DNA of 64,000 nucleotides from assembly GCA_913043225.1 (NCBI GenBank), contig CAJWLU010000018.1, positions 1 to 64,000 of the forward strand, given 5' to 3'. The notes below the pieces were generated by a model. That model saw only the letters and a program-made list of their open reading frames with translations, was not told where the DNA came from and did not search any database. Positions 9,085-20,478 of the stretch are shown piece after piece. A program made the translations under genes and the position numbers. Positions within the stretch are counted from its first letter, which is position 1; every line of letters starts with the position of its first letter. Source of the DNA: an uncultured Acidobacteriota bacterium. Its GTDB lineage: Bacteria; Acidobacteriota; Vicinamibacteria; Vicinamibacterales; UBA8438.

Positions 9085-9729
9085 ATGTGGTTTGGTGACA
9101 AGGAGCGGGTCGTGTCTAGGGAGGAGGCGGTGCGCGGTCGGGACGAGTCGATGCCAGTGCCTGAGACTCACGAGGTGACCGGGGGGCGTTTGGTTCCGCC
9201 GTTTCCCGCGGGGCTGGAGCAGGCCGTCTTCGGCATGGGGTGTTTCTGGGGGGGCGAGCGTCTCTTCTGGCAGCGCGAGGGGGTGTATTCCACGGCGGTT
9301 GGGTATGCGGGTGGGCACACGCCGAATCCCACCTACCAGGAGGTGTGCTCTGGCCTGACCGGCCACACTGAGGTCGTTCTGGTGGTGTTTGATCCCGCCC
9401 GCGTCGCCTACGATGAGCTGCTCCGGGTCTTCTGGGAGGGCCACGATCCCACCCAGGGCATGCGGCAGGGCAACGACGTTGGGACTCAGTATCGTTCGGC
9501 TATCTGCTGTGGGTCTCCGGCGCAACGGGAGACCGCCAAGGCCTCGAGACGGATGTACGAGGACCGTCTTCGCGCGGCAGGCCACGGCCCGATTACGACC
9601 GAGATCGCCGACGCTCCGCCTTTCTACTACGCCGAGGACTACCACCAGCAGTACCTCTCGAAGAACCCGAACGGGTACTGTGGCCTGGGCGGTACCGGCG
9701 TCGCTTACCCGGTCGGGATTGAGGTCTGA
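9085..9729 (+). CDS. msrA: Peptide-methionine (S)-S-oxide reductase
   Basis: [59 protein letters not shown]. Confidence 0.97.
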   Translation: MWFGDKERVVSREEAVRGRDESMPVPETHEVTGGRLVPPFPAGLEQAVFGMGCFWGGERLFWQREGVYSTAVGYAGGHTPNPTYQEVCSGLTGHTEVVLVVFDPARVAYDELLRVFWEGHDPTQGMRQGNDVGTQYRSAICCGSPAQRETAKASRRMYEDRLRAAGHGPITTEIADAPPFYYAEDYHQQYLSKNPNGYCGLGGTGVAYPVGIEV

Positions 9730-9861
9730 GCGGTCTAGGTCGGTCTGTCCTTCAGCGCCGATGTTCCGCCCAGTCCGCCAGCGAGCTCAATACTGGTTGT
9801 GGGCCTACGCCGACGTCGTCCGCTGGATGGGGTCCGAGGTGCTTCGGCGCGCGGAGGTAGG

Positions 9862-11841
9862 ATGGACAAAGACGCGACTGCCACCAGTTCCATGACTGAG
9901 TCCACGATGTCCGCGCCGGGTGCCGACCACGATCCGGCGGCCGCCTCCTCGTTGGCCGCCAGTCCTAGAGCCGATGGTTTTCGCCGTCTGCTCGAGGCTA
10001 CCAGCATCATCCAGTGGGAGGCTGACGCCAGGACCCGCGACTTTACCTATGTCGGGTCGCAAGCCGAGCGGCTGCTGGGGTTTTCGCTCGACGAGTGGTA
10101 TCAGCCAGCGTTCTGGCTGACCCGGCTGCATCCGGACGATCGGGAGCGGGTGTTACGGTTCCGCGAGGAGGCGCTCGTCGAGCGGGAAGCGTACGAGCTG
10201 GAGTACCGGATGGTCGGCGCCCATGGTGAGGTGCTCTGGCTGCATGACGTTGTCGCCGTAGAGCGGGTCGATGGCGAGCCCGCGATCATCCGGGGCTTCC
10301 TCATCGATGTTACCGCGCGGAAACGGGCCGAGGACACAGCGCGGGCCAGCGAGGCTCGATTAGGGAAGTTGCTCGAGCAGGCCCCAGACGCCCTGATAGC
10401 GGTCAGGGCCGACGGGAGCATCGCGTTTGTGAACCGGCAGGCCGAGCGCCTCTTCGGTTACGACGGAGGCACCCTGGTGGGCCGGAGCTTCGACGAGCTT
10501 GTGCCGGGCCACGGAAAGCTCCGCCGTCTCCTGGATGCCGACCGAGGGATGGTCGTCGACGAGTCCGTTCCGACGGTCGAGCCAGGACAACTGCAACCGG
10601 TCGAGGCGATTGGGGAGGGCGGACGTCGGTTTCCAGCCGAGGCCGATCTTAATCCGCTGCAGACCGACGAAGGACTGGTGGTGGTCATCACGGTCCGCGA
10701 CGTGTCTGCACGACTTGCTGTCGACACCGCGCTCCGCGAGAGCGAAGAGCGGTTCAGGATTGCCGCCGCCCTGGGTGCCGACATCATCGCCGAGGTCGAC
10801 ATTCGGAGCGGCGTCGTGGTCTGGTTCGGGCAGGTGGACGCGGCGCTTGGCTATGAGCGCGGGGAGTTCCCCCGGACGATTGATGGCTGGGCCGGGCAGC
10901 TGCATCCAGAAGACCGAGAGCGTGTCGTCGCCGATGTCCAGCGGCACGTGTACGAGCGGCGCGAGGGACTCTCGGCCGAGTTTCGTATTCAGACGAAGGA
11001 CCTGTCGTATCGGCACTGGACGGTGCGAGCCGCGCCGCGTCTCGAGGATGCACGTCGACCGACGACTTTCATCGCGGTCTGTCAGGACATCACCGCTGAG
11101 ACGGTCGCGCGGACCGAGGCGTTGCACCACCGCGATGCCCTGGCGCATGTGGCCAGGGTCAGCGCGCTCGGAGAGCTCACCGGCGCGCTGGCTCACGAGC
11201 TTAATCAACCGCTCGCGGCCATGTTGAGCAACGCTCAAGCGGCGTTGCGTATGCTCGACAGCGGCAGCCCGGAGCCATCGCTGCTGGTGGAGGTGCTCCG
11301 CGATATCGTGGCCGACGACCGTCGGGCCAGCGCCATCATCCAGCGGCTGCGCGCGCTGATGCGCCACGATACGACGGCGCGTGAGCGCATCGACCTGGCC
11401 CAGGTGGTGCGCGAGGTGAGGGAGGTCGCGCGCGCTGCCCTAGTCGACCGGGGGGTGACGGTCGTCCCTGACTTCGACGCTGACCTTCCCGCCATCGTGG
11501 CCGACCGGATTCAGATTCAGCAGGTGGTGCTCAATCTCATCAACAACGCGATGCAGGCGATGGAAGGGCAGGACGACGCTCGCCTCGTCGTGGGGGTGCG
11601 AGGGCGTGAGGACGGCTGGCAAGTCGTAGCTGTTAGTGACTCCGGGCCTGGCATCCCGCCCAGCCGCCTGCCTAGCTTGTTCGAGCCGTTCGAGACTTCC
11701 CGCTCAGATGGTCTCGGGATGGGCCTGTCCATCTCCAGGACGATCGTCGAGGCGCACGGTGGCGAGATCGGGGCGGAGAATCTGAAAGGTGGCGGCGCGA
11801 GGGTACAGTTTACCCTGCCGCCGGGTCGGCCGGCGCCATGA
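9862..11841 (+). CDS. Cytoplasmic multi-PAS sensor histidine kinase (FixL/NodV/TodS-like C-terminus)
   Basis: Three PAS/PAC-like segments (LHPDDRERV; IAFVNRQAERLFGY; LHPEDRERV), H-box LAHELNQPL, QQVVLNL..NA, DSGPG, GLGMGL; no TM helix; exact start uncertain. Confidence 0.9.
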   Translation: MDKDATATSSMTESTMSAPGADHDPAAASSLAASPRADGFRRLLEATSIIQWEADARTRDFTYVGSQAERLLGFSLDEWYQPAFWLTRLHPDDRERVLRFREEALVEREAYELEYRMVGAHGEVLWLHDVVAVERVDGEPAIIRGFLIDVTARKRAEDTARASEARLGKLLEQAPDALIAVRADGSIAFVNRQAERLFGYDGGTLVGRSFDELVPGHGKLRRLLDADRGMVVDESVPTVEPGQLQPVEAIGEGGRRFPAEADLNPLQTDEGLVVVITVRDVSARLAVDTALRESEERFRIAAALGADIIAEVDIRSGVVVWFGQVDAALGYERGEFPRTIDGWAGQLHPEDRERVVADVQRHVYERREGLSAEFRIQTKDLSYRHWTVRAAPRLEDARRPTTFIAVCQDITAETVARTEALHHRDALAHVARVSALGELTGALAHELNQPLAAMLSNAQAALRMLDSGSPEPSLLVEVLRDIVADDRRASAIIQRLRALMRHDTTARERIDLAQVVREVREVARAALVDRGVTVVPDFDADLPAIVADRIQIQQVVLNLINNAMQAMEGQDDARLVVGVRGREDGWQVVAVSDSGPGIPPSRLPSLFEPFETSRSDGLGMGLSISRTIVEAHGGEIGAENLKGGGARVQFTLPPGRPAP

Positions 11842-12500
11842 CCGACGAGGCGACCGTCTTCGTTGTCGACGACGATCCCTCGGTGCGACGTAGCGTCGTC
11901 CGGTTGTTGAAGACCGCCGGCTACCGAGTGGAGAGCTTCGATTCGGCCGAGGCGTTTCTGGAGGGAGAGCGATTACCCGGACCAGGCTGCCTCGTGTTGG
12001 ATGTGCGAATGTCTGGGATGACTGGGTTGCAGCTGCAACGGCGTCTCCGCGTGTCTGGCCGGCCGATGGCGGTCGTGTTCATCACCGGGCACGGCGACGT
12101 GCCGATGAGCGTGGCGGCGATGAAGGGTGGCGCGGTCGATTTCCTGCTCAAGCCGTTCGATGACGAGGCGCTTTTGGGCGCCATCGACCGGGCTATCACC
12201 CGTGACCGTAATTGGCTAAAGGAGCGGCAGGAGCTCGACGGGCTCAGGAGCCGCTACGACCGCCTGACTCCCCGCCAGCAGCAGGTCTTCAGTTTGGTGG
12301 TGACCGGACTCCTCAACAAGCAAGTGGCCGCGCAGCTTGGTACAAGCGAAAAGACGATCAAGGTGCACCGCGCCCGGGTCATGGCGACGATGCGGGCCGG
12401 CTCGCTGGCCGACCTGGTTCGTCAGGCCGAGCGGCTCCAGCTTCATCCGGTGTCGAACGGCGCAGGTTCCGGGCCGCCGGATGGGACCAAGGTCCAATAG
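11838..12500 (+). CDS. FixJ/NodW-family response regulator (REC + LuxR HTH)
   Basis: VFVVDDD, LDVRM, FITGHGDVPM, DFLLKP, GLLNKQVA..LGTSEKTIKVHRARVM; ATGA-coupled to kinase. Confidence 0.93.
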   Translation: MTDEATVFVVDDDPSVRRSVVRLLKTAGYRVESFDSAEAFLEGERLPGPGCLVLDVRMSGMTGLQLQRRLRVSGRPMAVVFITGHGDVPMSVAAMKGGAVDFLLKPFDDEALLGAIDRAITRDRNWLKERQELDGLRSRYDRLTPRQQQVFSLVVTGLLNKQVAAQLGTSEKTIKVHRARVMATMRAGSLADLVRQAERLQLHPVSNGAGSGPPDGTKVQ

Positions 12501-12873
12501 CGCGGCCCGATCCCAACACATACACTGCCTTCAGCGTGATAAGCACGATACCGGTTTAGGCATCGTGTGTCGGTTCTTGTAGGGTGTTTGGTCTGGTCGC
12601 GGCTTGCGGCTCTTATACGGTCGCCCGATTACGAGGGTGATTCAAGCCGGTGGATCTGGTTCCCTGAGTGTCCGGGTCCCACGCCACGCAATACCTACTT
12701 CGTAGCACTCGGCTACACAACTTCCTCTTCGGGCAAGACTTCTTCTCTTCCCAACCCTCGACCAGACCAGCGCCTTCGGGTTCCGCCCGAGGGCGGAGTT
12801 CGTTCTGGTCGGACTACCGGGTTGTTCGGTGAGTTCCGGGGCTCCGCTCTGATCCCCCTTTGCACAGATTTGA

Positions 12874-14298
<1,425 letters not shown>

Positions 14299-14305
14299 AG
14301 GGATG

Positions 14306-14327
14306 AAAACCCACCGGGGGGTGGGTT
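14306..14327 (-). terminator. Probable intrinsic terminator between convergent eno and BON-domain genes
   Basis: AACCCACC-N4-GGTGGGTT hairpin with a short T run on the minus strand. Confidence 0.5.
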
Positions 14328-14364
14328 GGAGATCGTTTGTATCGGGCGCTGAGGCCCCTCGTTC

Positions 14365-15090
14365 CTACTGGATCGTCTGCAGCTCGTTGATGACCCGGAG
14401 GACCCCCTGGGTCTGCCGAGCGATCTGCTCCATCTGGCGTCGCTCGATCTCTCCCTGAACCCAGCCAACCAGCGTGACCACGCTTCGCTCGACGATGACC
14501 CGGAAGGGCGGGTTCCGGTCCGCCGAGAAGCGTTCGAAGTCAGGGCTGCGGAAGATCTGCTGCGCAAGCGCCCGTCGCAGGTTGTTGTCGGCGTTGGACG
14601 GGGTCAGGCTCCGGATCTCGTTCCGTACCTCCTGCGTCCCGTCGATCTTGGCCACCCGTTCGAAGATTTCGCCGGCCTTGTCCCTCTCTGGCGTTACCCG
14701 TCCCATCAGCACGACCGTACCGCTGTTGACCACGCCGTCGAGGTAATCGAAGAAGGTGTAATAGGGGTAGCGCTGTACCTCCTCGGCGACCTTCTCCGCG
14801 AGCGCCTGGTCGCTCTCCGACGGGGGAATGATGATCTCGCTGGCCACGGTCTCGATGCCTTCGACTTCGAGCGCTCGTTCGATGGCCTGATGTTTCAACC
14901 AGAAGTTCTTCAGCTCACCGCTGAGAAGCGCTTCGCTCCCGGTCACCGACACTTCGAGCCGCCGCAGGTCGCGTTCGCCACGTAGCTTCTCTCGTACCTC
15001 GTCGACGAGCTGAGCATCGGCAGTCGACGCTCCGAAGGCGAGGAACCCGGTGACCAGGAGGGTGGCGATGTTCGCTTGATGATGCGTCAT
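14365..15090 (-). CDS. Exported BON-domain protein
   Basis: Signal peptide ending ADA-Q; repeated BON-like units (V.SGTVVLMGRV; VTLVGWV...GVLRVINEL). Confidence 0.8.
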   Translation of the reverse strand: MTHHQANIATLLVTGFLAFGASTADAQLVDEVREKLRGERDLRRLEVSVTGSEALLSGELKNFWLKHQAIERALEVEGIETVASEIIIPPSESDQALAEKVAEEVQRYPYYTFFDYLDGVVNSGTVVLMGRVTPERDKAGEIFERVAKIDGTQEVRNEIRSLTPSNADNNLRRALAQQIFRSPDFERFSADRNPPFRVIVERSVVTLVGWVQGEIERRQMEQIARQTQGVLRVINELQTIQ

Positions 15091-15164
15091 GAGTCTCTCC
15101 GATACTGCCACTCACCTCGGTTTGTATCACACTGATGGGCCATCGAGCCGAGTCCCTGGCTCGG

Positions 15165-15416
15165 CTATCTCGCACCATAATGGTTGAGGTTGTGGAACTC
15201 GGCAGCGGTTTGTCCAAGGCCGACTACAACGCCCACGTTCCAGAATTGCGTCCGGAGCTGCGCCAAGCGCCGTTCCTCGTCATCGTGCTGTTCGGAGGGG
15301 TCGATGCCGCGGGTCGCGAAGGCGCGGTTGAGTTCCGGCCAGACAGGACCGGTGTGAGGCACCGATGACACCGCGTACTGGCGAAGCGGGGCGGCTGGGG
15401 TGTACGTCGCTGCCAC
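15165..15416 (-). CDS. Possible small hypothetical protein or gene remnant
   Basis: 83-aa ORF co-oriented with neighbours and filling the gap; no recognisable motif; a competing ORF lies on the opposite strand. Confidence 0.3.
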   Translation of the reverse strand: MAATYTPAAPLRQYAVSSVPHTGPVWPELNRAFATRGIDPSEQHDDEERRLAQLRTQFWNVGVVVGLGQTAAEFHNLNHYGAR

Positions 15417-15431
15417 CGGGGGAGTGAGTCG

Positions 15432-17564
15432 CTACGGCCCAGCGGCCGTGCCGTGGCGCTGGTAGAGATACGAGGCGCCCACCAGCAACAGTCCCAGCGC
15501 CAGGCTGCTGACGATCCGATACACCGAGTCGAGCTGTGAGAAGTCGATGAGGAAGAGCTTGGCGACGGTGACGGCAAAGATCCCTAAGGCCAGGTAGCGG
15601 ACCGGCGGGTATGCTCGTCTGATCCCGATCGCTGTGAGGGCCGCTGCGTACGCCGCCCAGGTTGCCGAGAGCATCATCTGTCTGGCAAGCTCGGGCGACG
15701 CGACGGCGTTGTCGGCCGTCCGGAGGTCCCAGAACGCGTTGATCTCGGCTGTCAGCGTGATCAGCATCATGACGTTCCCGCCGACCACGGTACCCGCCAG
15801 GAACGCCGATCGGGCGGGGTCGGCGTCGGGAGCCATCCTGCCGTGCCGCGCGGCTAGCATGGCAAGTAGAGCGGTGACGAGGAGACCGAGGCCGGCCCGG
15901 TGGTTGAGGAAGACATCGTAGCCTGCGGTCACCGGCGCGAACTGGATCTCGATGGTTCTAGTGATGGCGCCAAGGACCAGCAGCACTCCGATCCCTCGCA
16001 CCCAGTCTCGTCGTTCGCTGAGCCCGAGCCAGATCAGCCCGGCGCCCTGCAGGGCCAACCATGCCGGCGTCGACGGGCTACCCAGCCAGGTCATGATGCC
16101 GACGGCGGCTAGCGAGACGGCACCCACGGAGTAGTGTCCTCGGGCTCGGGGGTCCATACGACCGATCCACCAACCGACGAGGGCCACGGTGATGGCCAGG
16201 GGCATGGCCACGTCGGCGGCTACGTACCCTTGCGGCTGCAGCATTGTCCTGAGCCCGAGGTAGGTCGTGGCGGCGCTCGCCGGAGTCAGCAGGATATCGG
16301 CCGGATGGAGCCGGCTCGGGCTGCGGCGGACGAGTTCGACCTGGGCCACGGCATGCATACCGCCGATGGCCAGCCAGGTCACCACGGCGGGCATTAGCCA
16401 GGAGCTGTCCGGCTGCCCATTCCCCCAGGCTAGCAGCGGGAGGACGGCCGCACCCCAAAGCGGAAGGCGAAGCCACATAGCCTCGAACCGTACAGCCAGC
16501 AGCAGACCGACGCTGGTGATGCCAATCAGGTAGACGAGCTGGGCTAGCCAGTGCGACTCGAGGACGGCGAGTGAGGCCAGGTGATACCACAGGGGCGTCG
16601 TCCAGAGGACAAACCGGACCAGGGGCGCCGCGGGGTGCCGCGAGCGCAGCATTCGCCGCAGCACCCACAGGAACAGCCCACAGAAGAGTGTCAGGAACGT
16701 CTCGACCGCGACGTAGTTTTCCGGAACGTACCAACGGAGTGCCCATACAAGCCACGTGAACCCCGTCAGCACGAAACTCACCAGATTGAGCACGGGCCAG
16801 TCGCCGTGATGCGACAGCAGGACGGTGGCGCCCACGAGTACCGCTGTATAAGCCAGGAGCATTAGCGGAGCCGTGGTGCCGGCGCCGACCAACCAAGGTG
16901 TGGCGAAACCTCCGGTCACAGCCAGCATCGCCAGACCTTGCGATTGGGCTCGAACGGCCTGTAGCGTACCGTGGGTCGTTACGGCCAGGAGCATCGTGAA
17001 GCCGGCACCCGGGCCGGCCAGACCATAGAGATTCACCGCGGCATAGACCGACAGATACCAGATGGCGAGGCCGCCGCCGGCCAGCGCGTGTCCGTAGGCG
17101 CGGTGTCCGGACGTAGAGAATCGACCCCCATTCCAGACGAGGGCGGCCCCGATAAGCAGACCGGTCAGGACACGAAGCGGCTCGGTGACCCAGGCGTTTT
17201 CGAACGCGAAGCGCACCAATGAACCGGCGCCGATGATCAAGATGGCGACGCCAAGGTAGAGCATCCAGCGAGCGCCGATTCTGGCTTCGAGCGCTCTGGG
17301 TCCGTTTGGCGTGGGCGCCGGTCGCGTGGAAGGAGTCGCGGTTGGCTTGGCGCGTGCTGGATGGGCGTCGTCCGCGGTTGCGTCCGGGGCTGGTGCCGTC
17401 GCCGGGGGGCGCTCGGCACGGATGAGCTTCGCTTCGAGCTCGTCCAAGCGTCGGTGTAGCCGCTCGACGCCATGAAGCGCTGCGGTGGCGCGGCGGTAGG
17501 ACAGCAGAGGTAGGACGACGGTCAGCACGAGCGCCGCGGCGACGGCGAGGAGTCCTTCGATCAT
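15432..17564 (-). CDS. DUF2339-family multi-pass membrane protein
   Basis: LEARIGARW...LGV, EPLRV..G, ALAGGG.AI.YLS.YAA..LYGL, C-terminal KLFLIDFSQL...RIVS.L.LG.LL..ASYLY; many TM helices. Confidence 0.85.
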   Translation of the reverse strand: MIEGLLAVAAALVLTVVLPLLSYRRATAALHGVERLHRRLDELEAKLIRAERPPATAPAPDATADDAHPARAKPTATPSTRPAPTPNGPRALEARIGARWMLYLGVAILIIGAGSLVRFAFENAWVTEPLRVLTGLLIGAALVWNGGRFSTSGHRAYGHALAGGGLAIWYLSVYAAVNLYGLAGPGAGFTMLLAVTTHGTLQAVRAQSQGLAMLAVTGGFATPWLVGAGTTAPLMLLAYTAVLVGATVLLSHHGDWPVLNLVSFVLTGFTWLVWALRWYVPENYVAVETFLTLFCGLFLWVLRRMLRSRHPAAPLVRFVLWTTPLWYHLASLAVLESHWLAQLVYLIGITSVGLLLAVRFEAMWLRLPLWGAAVLPLLAWGNGQPDSSWLMPAVVTWLAIGGMHAVAQVELVRRSPSRLHPADILLTPASAATTYLGLRTMLQPQGYVAADVAMPLAITVALVGWWIGRMDPRARGHYSVGAVSLAAVGIMTWLGSPSTPAWLALQGAGLIWLGLSERRDWVRGIGVLLVLGAITRTIEIQFAPVTAGYDVFLNHRAGLGLLVTALLAMLAARHGRMAPDADPARSAFLAGTVVGGNVMMLITLTAEINAFWDLRTADNAVASPELARQMMLSATWAAYAAALTAIGIRRAYPPVRYLALGIFAVTVAKLFLIDFSQLDSVYRIVSSLALGLLLVGASYLYQRHGTAAGP

Positions 17565-17591
17565 GTCAACCGCGCTCGTCCCGGAGCCGGA

Positions 17592-18485
17592 TTACCGTAG
17601 TCGCGTCAGTGCCTCGACTGACGCCGACTCCGGCCAGCGAGGTTCTGGCGTCGCGACGTACCCAGCGTGAGCCAGTTGACTCTGGAAGTAAGCGACTTCG
17701 ACGCCGTAGAACAGCAGACGGACCAAGACCCTGGCCGCCAGGTAGCCCAGGACGAGTCCGAAGAGCGGGCCGGACGGTTCCGTCGTCGACGCGGTCACCA
17801 TGCTCCAGACGGCAATAACCCCGACCACCAACGCGCTGTTGAGGAGATAGAGGACGGTGCAGCCGACGGGGCGGCGCCTGATGTAGCGAAGTGCGGCAAG
17901 TAGGGCCCCCAGCATGCTGCGACGGTCTTCGATCACGGCACGTACTCGCGCGTAGTCGAGGATCAGTCCAACCGCGGCCAGCCCCATCCCGTTCGCGACC
18001 AGTAGCCAGAGCTCGCTCCCGCCCTCGAACCCCGACCCGGGAAGCAGCCGAAACCACGCCAGGTGCACCAGCAGCGACAGCGCCCCCAGTCGGAGAAGCC
18101 GTACGCCGGACAACCCGCAGGCGCTGAAGAAGCCCGGGGCGTGGGTGGCTCGGTCGCGGGCGAGCCGGTCGATGATGCCGCCCGACAAGATGGTCCAGCC
18201 CGTGCCGTACAAGACCAGCAGCGCCAGTCCCGCCTGATGTGTCAGGGGATCGAGCAGCCGATCGAGGGTCAGCAGCAGCTCCGCGGTGCCGGCGCGTGAG
18301 GCCAGTAGCCCGGCGCCGAGGCCGAGGAGCTCGCGCCACGGGTCGAACGAGGGCAGTCCGCCGGGCCGGGCGGTGAGCCAGCTTAACGGCAGGGTGGTCA
18401 GGGTCGCCGCGAGGGTGGCGCCGGCCACGACGGCGGGAGCGTGAAAGACCCGCCGAATTCCATCACGGAACGCGGCGATGGGCAT
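17592..18485 (-). CDS. Hypothetical membrane protein
   Basis: 297 aa, several TM segments, LSGGIIDRLAR and DYARVRAVIEDRRS blocks; co-oriented in cluster. Confidence 0.7.
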   Translation of the reverse strand: MPIAAFRDGIRRVFHAPAVVAGATLAATLTTLPLSWLTARPGGLPSFDPWRELLGLGAGLLASRAGTAELLLTLDRLLDPLTHQAGLALLVLYGTGWTILSGGIIDRLARDRATHAPGFFSACGLSGVRLLRLGALSLLVHLAWFRLLPGSGFEGGSELWLLVANGMGLAAVGLILDYARVRAVIEDRRSMLGALLAALRYIRRRPVGCTVLYLLNSALVVGVIAVWSMVTASTTEPSGPLFGLVLGYLAARVLVRLLFYGVEVAYFQSQLAHAGYVATPEPRWPESASVEALTRLR

Positions 18486-18516
18486 TACGTCAGCCTGGGA
18501 GCCTTTCGTTGGCTCA

Positions 18517-18837
18517 CTATCGATAGTCGTCTCTCACGGGGTGAAACACGTCGATGATGCGACACTCCGTGAGCGCCCGACCCGAGTGCGGCACGTCGGG
18601 CGGGATGAAGGCCACGGTGCCCGGTCCCAGCCGCTCGGTCTCGTTCCCGATCGTCAACTCGAACTCGCCCTCGAGCACATGCGCCACCTGCTCGTGCGGA
18701 TGGGCGTGTTCCGGAAGGATGGCGCCGGCGGTCACGGTCCAGGTCACCGAGGTCATGGTGCTCCCGGTCGCGAACCGGCCGGCAAACCCCTCCATCGGCT
18801 CCTTCCGGACCAGATTGGTCTGCGAGAAGAACGGCAT
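18517..18837 (-). CDS. Cupin-domain protein (Cupin_2/KdgF-like)
   Basis: PEHAHPHEQ...VLEG and IPPDVPH metal motifs; DVFHPVRDDY tail. Confidence 0.9.
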   Translation of the reverse strand: MPFFSQTNLVRKEPMEGFAGRFATGSTMTSVTWTVTAGAILPEHAHPHEQVAHVLEGEFELTIGNETERLGPGTVAFIPPDVPHSGRALTECRIIDVFHPVRDDYR

Positions 18838-18840
18838 GTG

Positions 18841-20478
18841 TCAGTCCCGCAAACCGAAGGTGTAAACCACGTTGCCCGCGGCGATGGTCACATACTGCTG
18901 ACCGTTCACGGCATAGGACATCGGCGCCGAATGCACCCGCTGGCCGACGTTCATGTGCCACAGCTCTTCGCCAGTTTCGGCGTCGAGGGCAAAGAAGTAG
19001 CCGTCCACGGTGCCACTGAACACGAGATCACCCGCCGTGGTCATAATGCCCGCGGTCGAGCGCGGCTGAATCCAGTAATCCCATCGGACATCGCCGGTTT
19101 TCGGGTCGATGGCGCGGATACTGCTCTGATACTCATCCATAGGCCGGTTGTACTGCTGTCCGCCGCCGGTGAACTGGTCGCCTTCGACATACTCCTCGTC
19201 CCGCTTGAAGTAGATCGCCTCACCATCAAACGCTTGCACGTAGAACAGTTCGGTGTGAGGGCTGTAGGCAGGCGAGAACCAGTTGGTGCCGCCACCAACC
19301 GGCGGCGAAACCAGGACGCCCTGGGCAGTCGGCTCCATGTTCGGGATCCGGATGGGGCGCCCGTTGGAGTCCAGTTCGGGCTCGGCCCAGGTCATCTGTG
19401 CGAACGGCTTTCCAAGCAGGAACTCACCGGTTTCCCGGTCGAAGACGTAGAAGAACGCGTTGCGGTTGGCCCACATCATCACCTTCCGCTCTTCACCTTC
19501 GAACTCTAGGTCGGCCAGGATCGGGACCTGAATCGCGTCCCAGTCGTGGACGTCGTGCGGGGTGAACTGGAAGTACCACTCCATTCCGCCCCCGTCGCCA
19601 CGCAGCGCGAGCGCCGAGTCGGAATAGAGGTTGTCGCCCATCCGGACATCGCCGTTCCAATCTGGCCCAGGATTTCCAGTGCCCCAGTAGATCAGGTCGA
19701 AGTCGGGGTCGTATGAACCGGTGATCCAGGTGGGCGATCCGCCCGTGCGCCAGGAGTCACCCGACCAGGTCTGGCTGTCGGGATGATCGGGGCCGGGGAT
19801 GGTGTAGGTGCGCCAGAGCCGCTCCCCGTTCTTGGGGTCATACGAGTCGAGGAAGCCACGGATGCCGTATTCGCCACCGGCGATGCCGGTCACGACCTGA
19901 TCCTTGACGATCAGGGGCGCCGCGGTCTTGCTGTAGCCGGAGCGATAGTCGGCCGCCTCTGAGGCCCAGAGCAGGTTGCCGCTGCGGGCATCGATGGCCG
20001 CCAGCTTCGCGTCGAGCGTGCTCATGTAGAGCGTTTCGCCGAGAATTGCTACGCCGCGGTTGTTGCGGCCGCAGCAGATTCTGAGGTCGTCAGGCAGCGG
20101 GTGGTTGTAGCGCCAGTACTGCCGCCCGGTCGCGGCGTCGACGGCCACCACGTTGCTGGGGGCTTCGGTGATGAACATGACTCCGTCCACCACGATGGGA
20201 ACGGTCTCGGCCCGGTCCAGCTGTGGAATCTGATACGCCCACTTCAGCTCCAGGTCGTCGACGTTCGTGCGGTCGACCTGATCGAGCCGGCTGAATCGCT
20301 GGCTGTCCAGCGTGCCGGAATACATGAGCCAGTTCTCGGGTTCATCCGCGGCGTTGAGCAGACGTTCCCAGGTGACCGGGGTGAGCGAGGGGCCTGTGGA
20401 CGGGGATCCGCCGGGCTGCGCCAGCACCGGGAGGGCGACCAAAGTCGCAGCAGCAACCAGCATCGAGAGTCGTCGCAT
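18841..20478 (-). CDS. PQQ-dependent dehydrogenase, methanol/ethanol family
   Basis: Signal peptide; vicinal CC (ICCGRNNRG), GGEYGIRG, WGTGNP, TPHDVHDWD, W-docking repeats, NRNAFFYVFDRETG. Confidence 0.92.
   Translation of the reverse strand: MRRLSMLVAAATLVALPVLAQPGGSPSTGPSLTPVTWERLLNAADEPENWLMYSGTLDSQRFSRLDQVDRTNVDDLELKWAYQIPQLDRAETVPIVVDGVMFITEAPSNVVAVDAATGRQYWRYNHPLPDDLRICCGRNNRGVAILGETLYMSTLDAKLAAIDARSGNLLWASEAADYRSGYSKTAAPLIVKDQVVTGIAGGEYGIRGFLDSYDPKNGERLWRTYTIPGPDHPDSQTWSGDSWRTGGSPTWITGSYDPDFDLIYWGTGNPGPDWNGDVRMGDNLYSDSALALRGDGGGMEWYFQFTPHDVHDWDAIQVPILADLEFEGEERKVMMWANRNAFFYVFDRETGEFLLGKPFAQMTWAEPELDSNGRPIRIPNMEPTAQGVLVSPPVGGGTNWFSPAYSPHTELFYVQAFDGEAIYFKRDEEYVEGDQFTGGGQQYNRPMDEYQSSIRAIDPKTGDVRWDYWIQPRSTAGIMTTAGDLVFSGTVDGYFFALDAETGEELWHMNVGQRVHSAPMSYAVNGQQYVTIAAGNVVYTFGLRD

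Noticed and set aside
9862..11841. Calling the kinase a heme-based O2 sensor FixL
   Set aside because: The proximal His segment of the FixL heme-PAS is not evident in the PAS domains; only the kinase subfamily is supported
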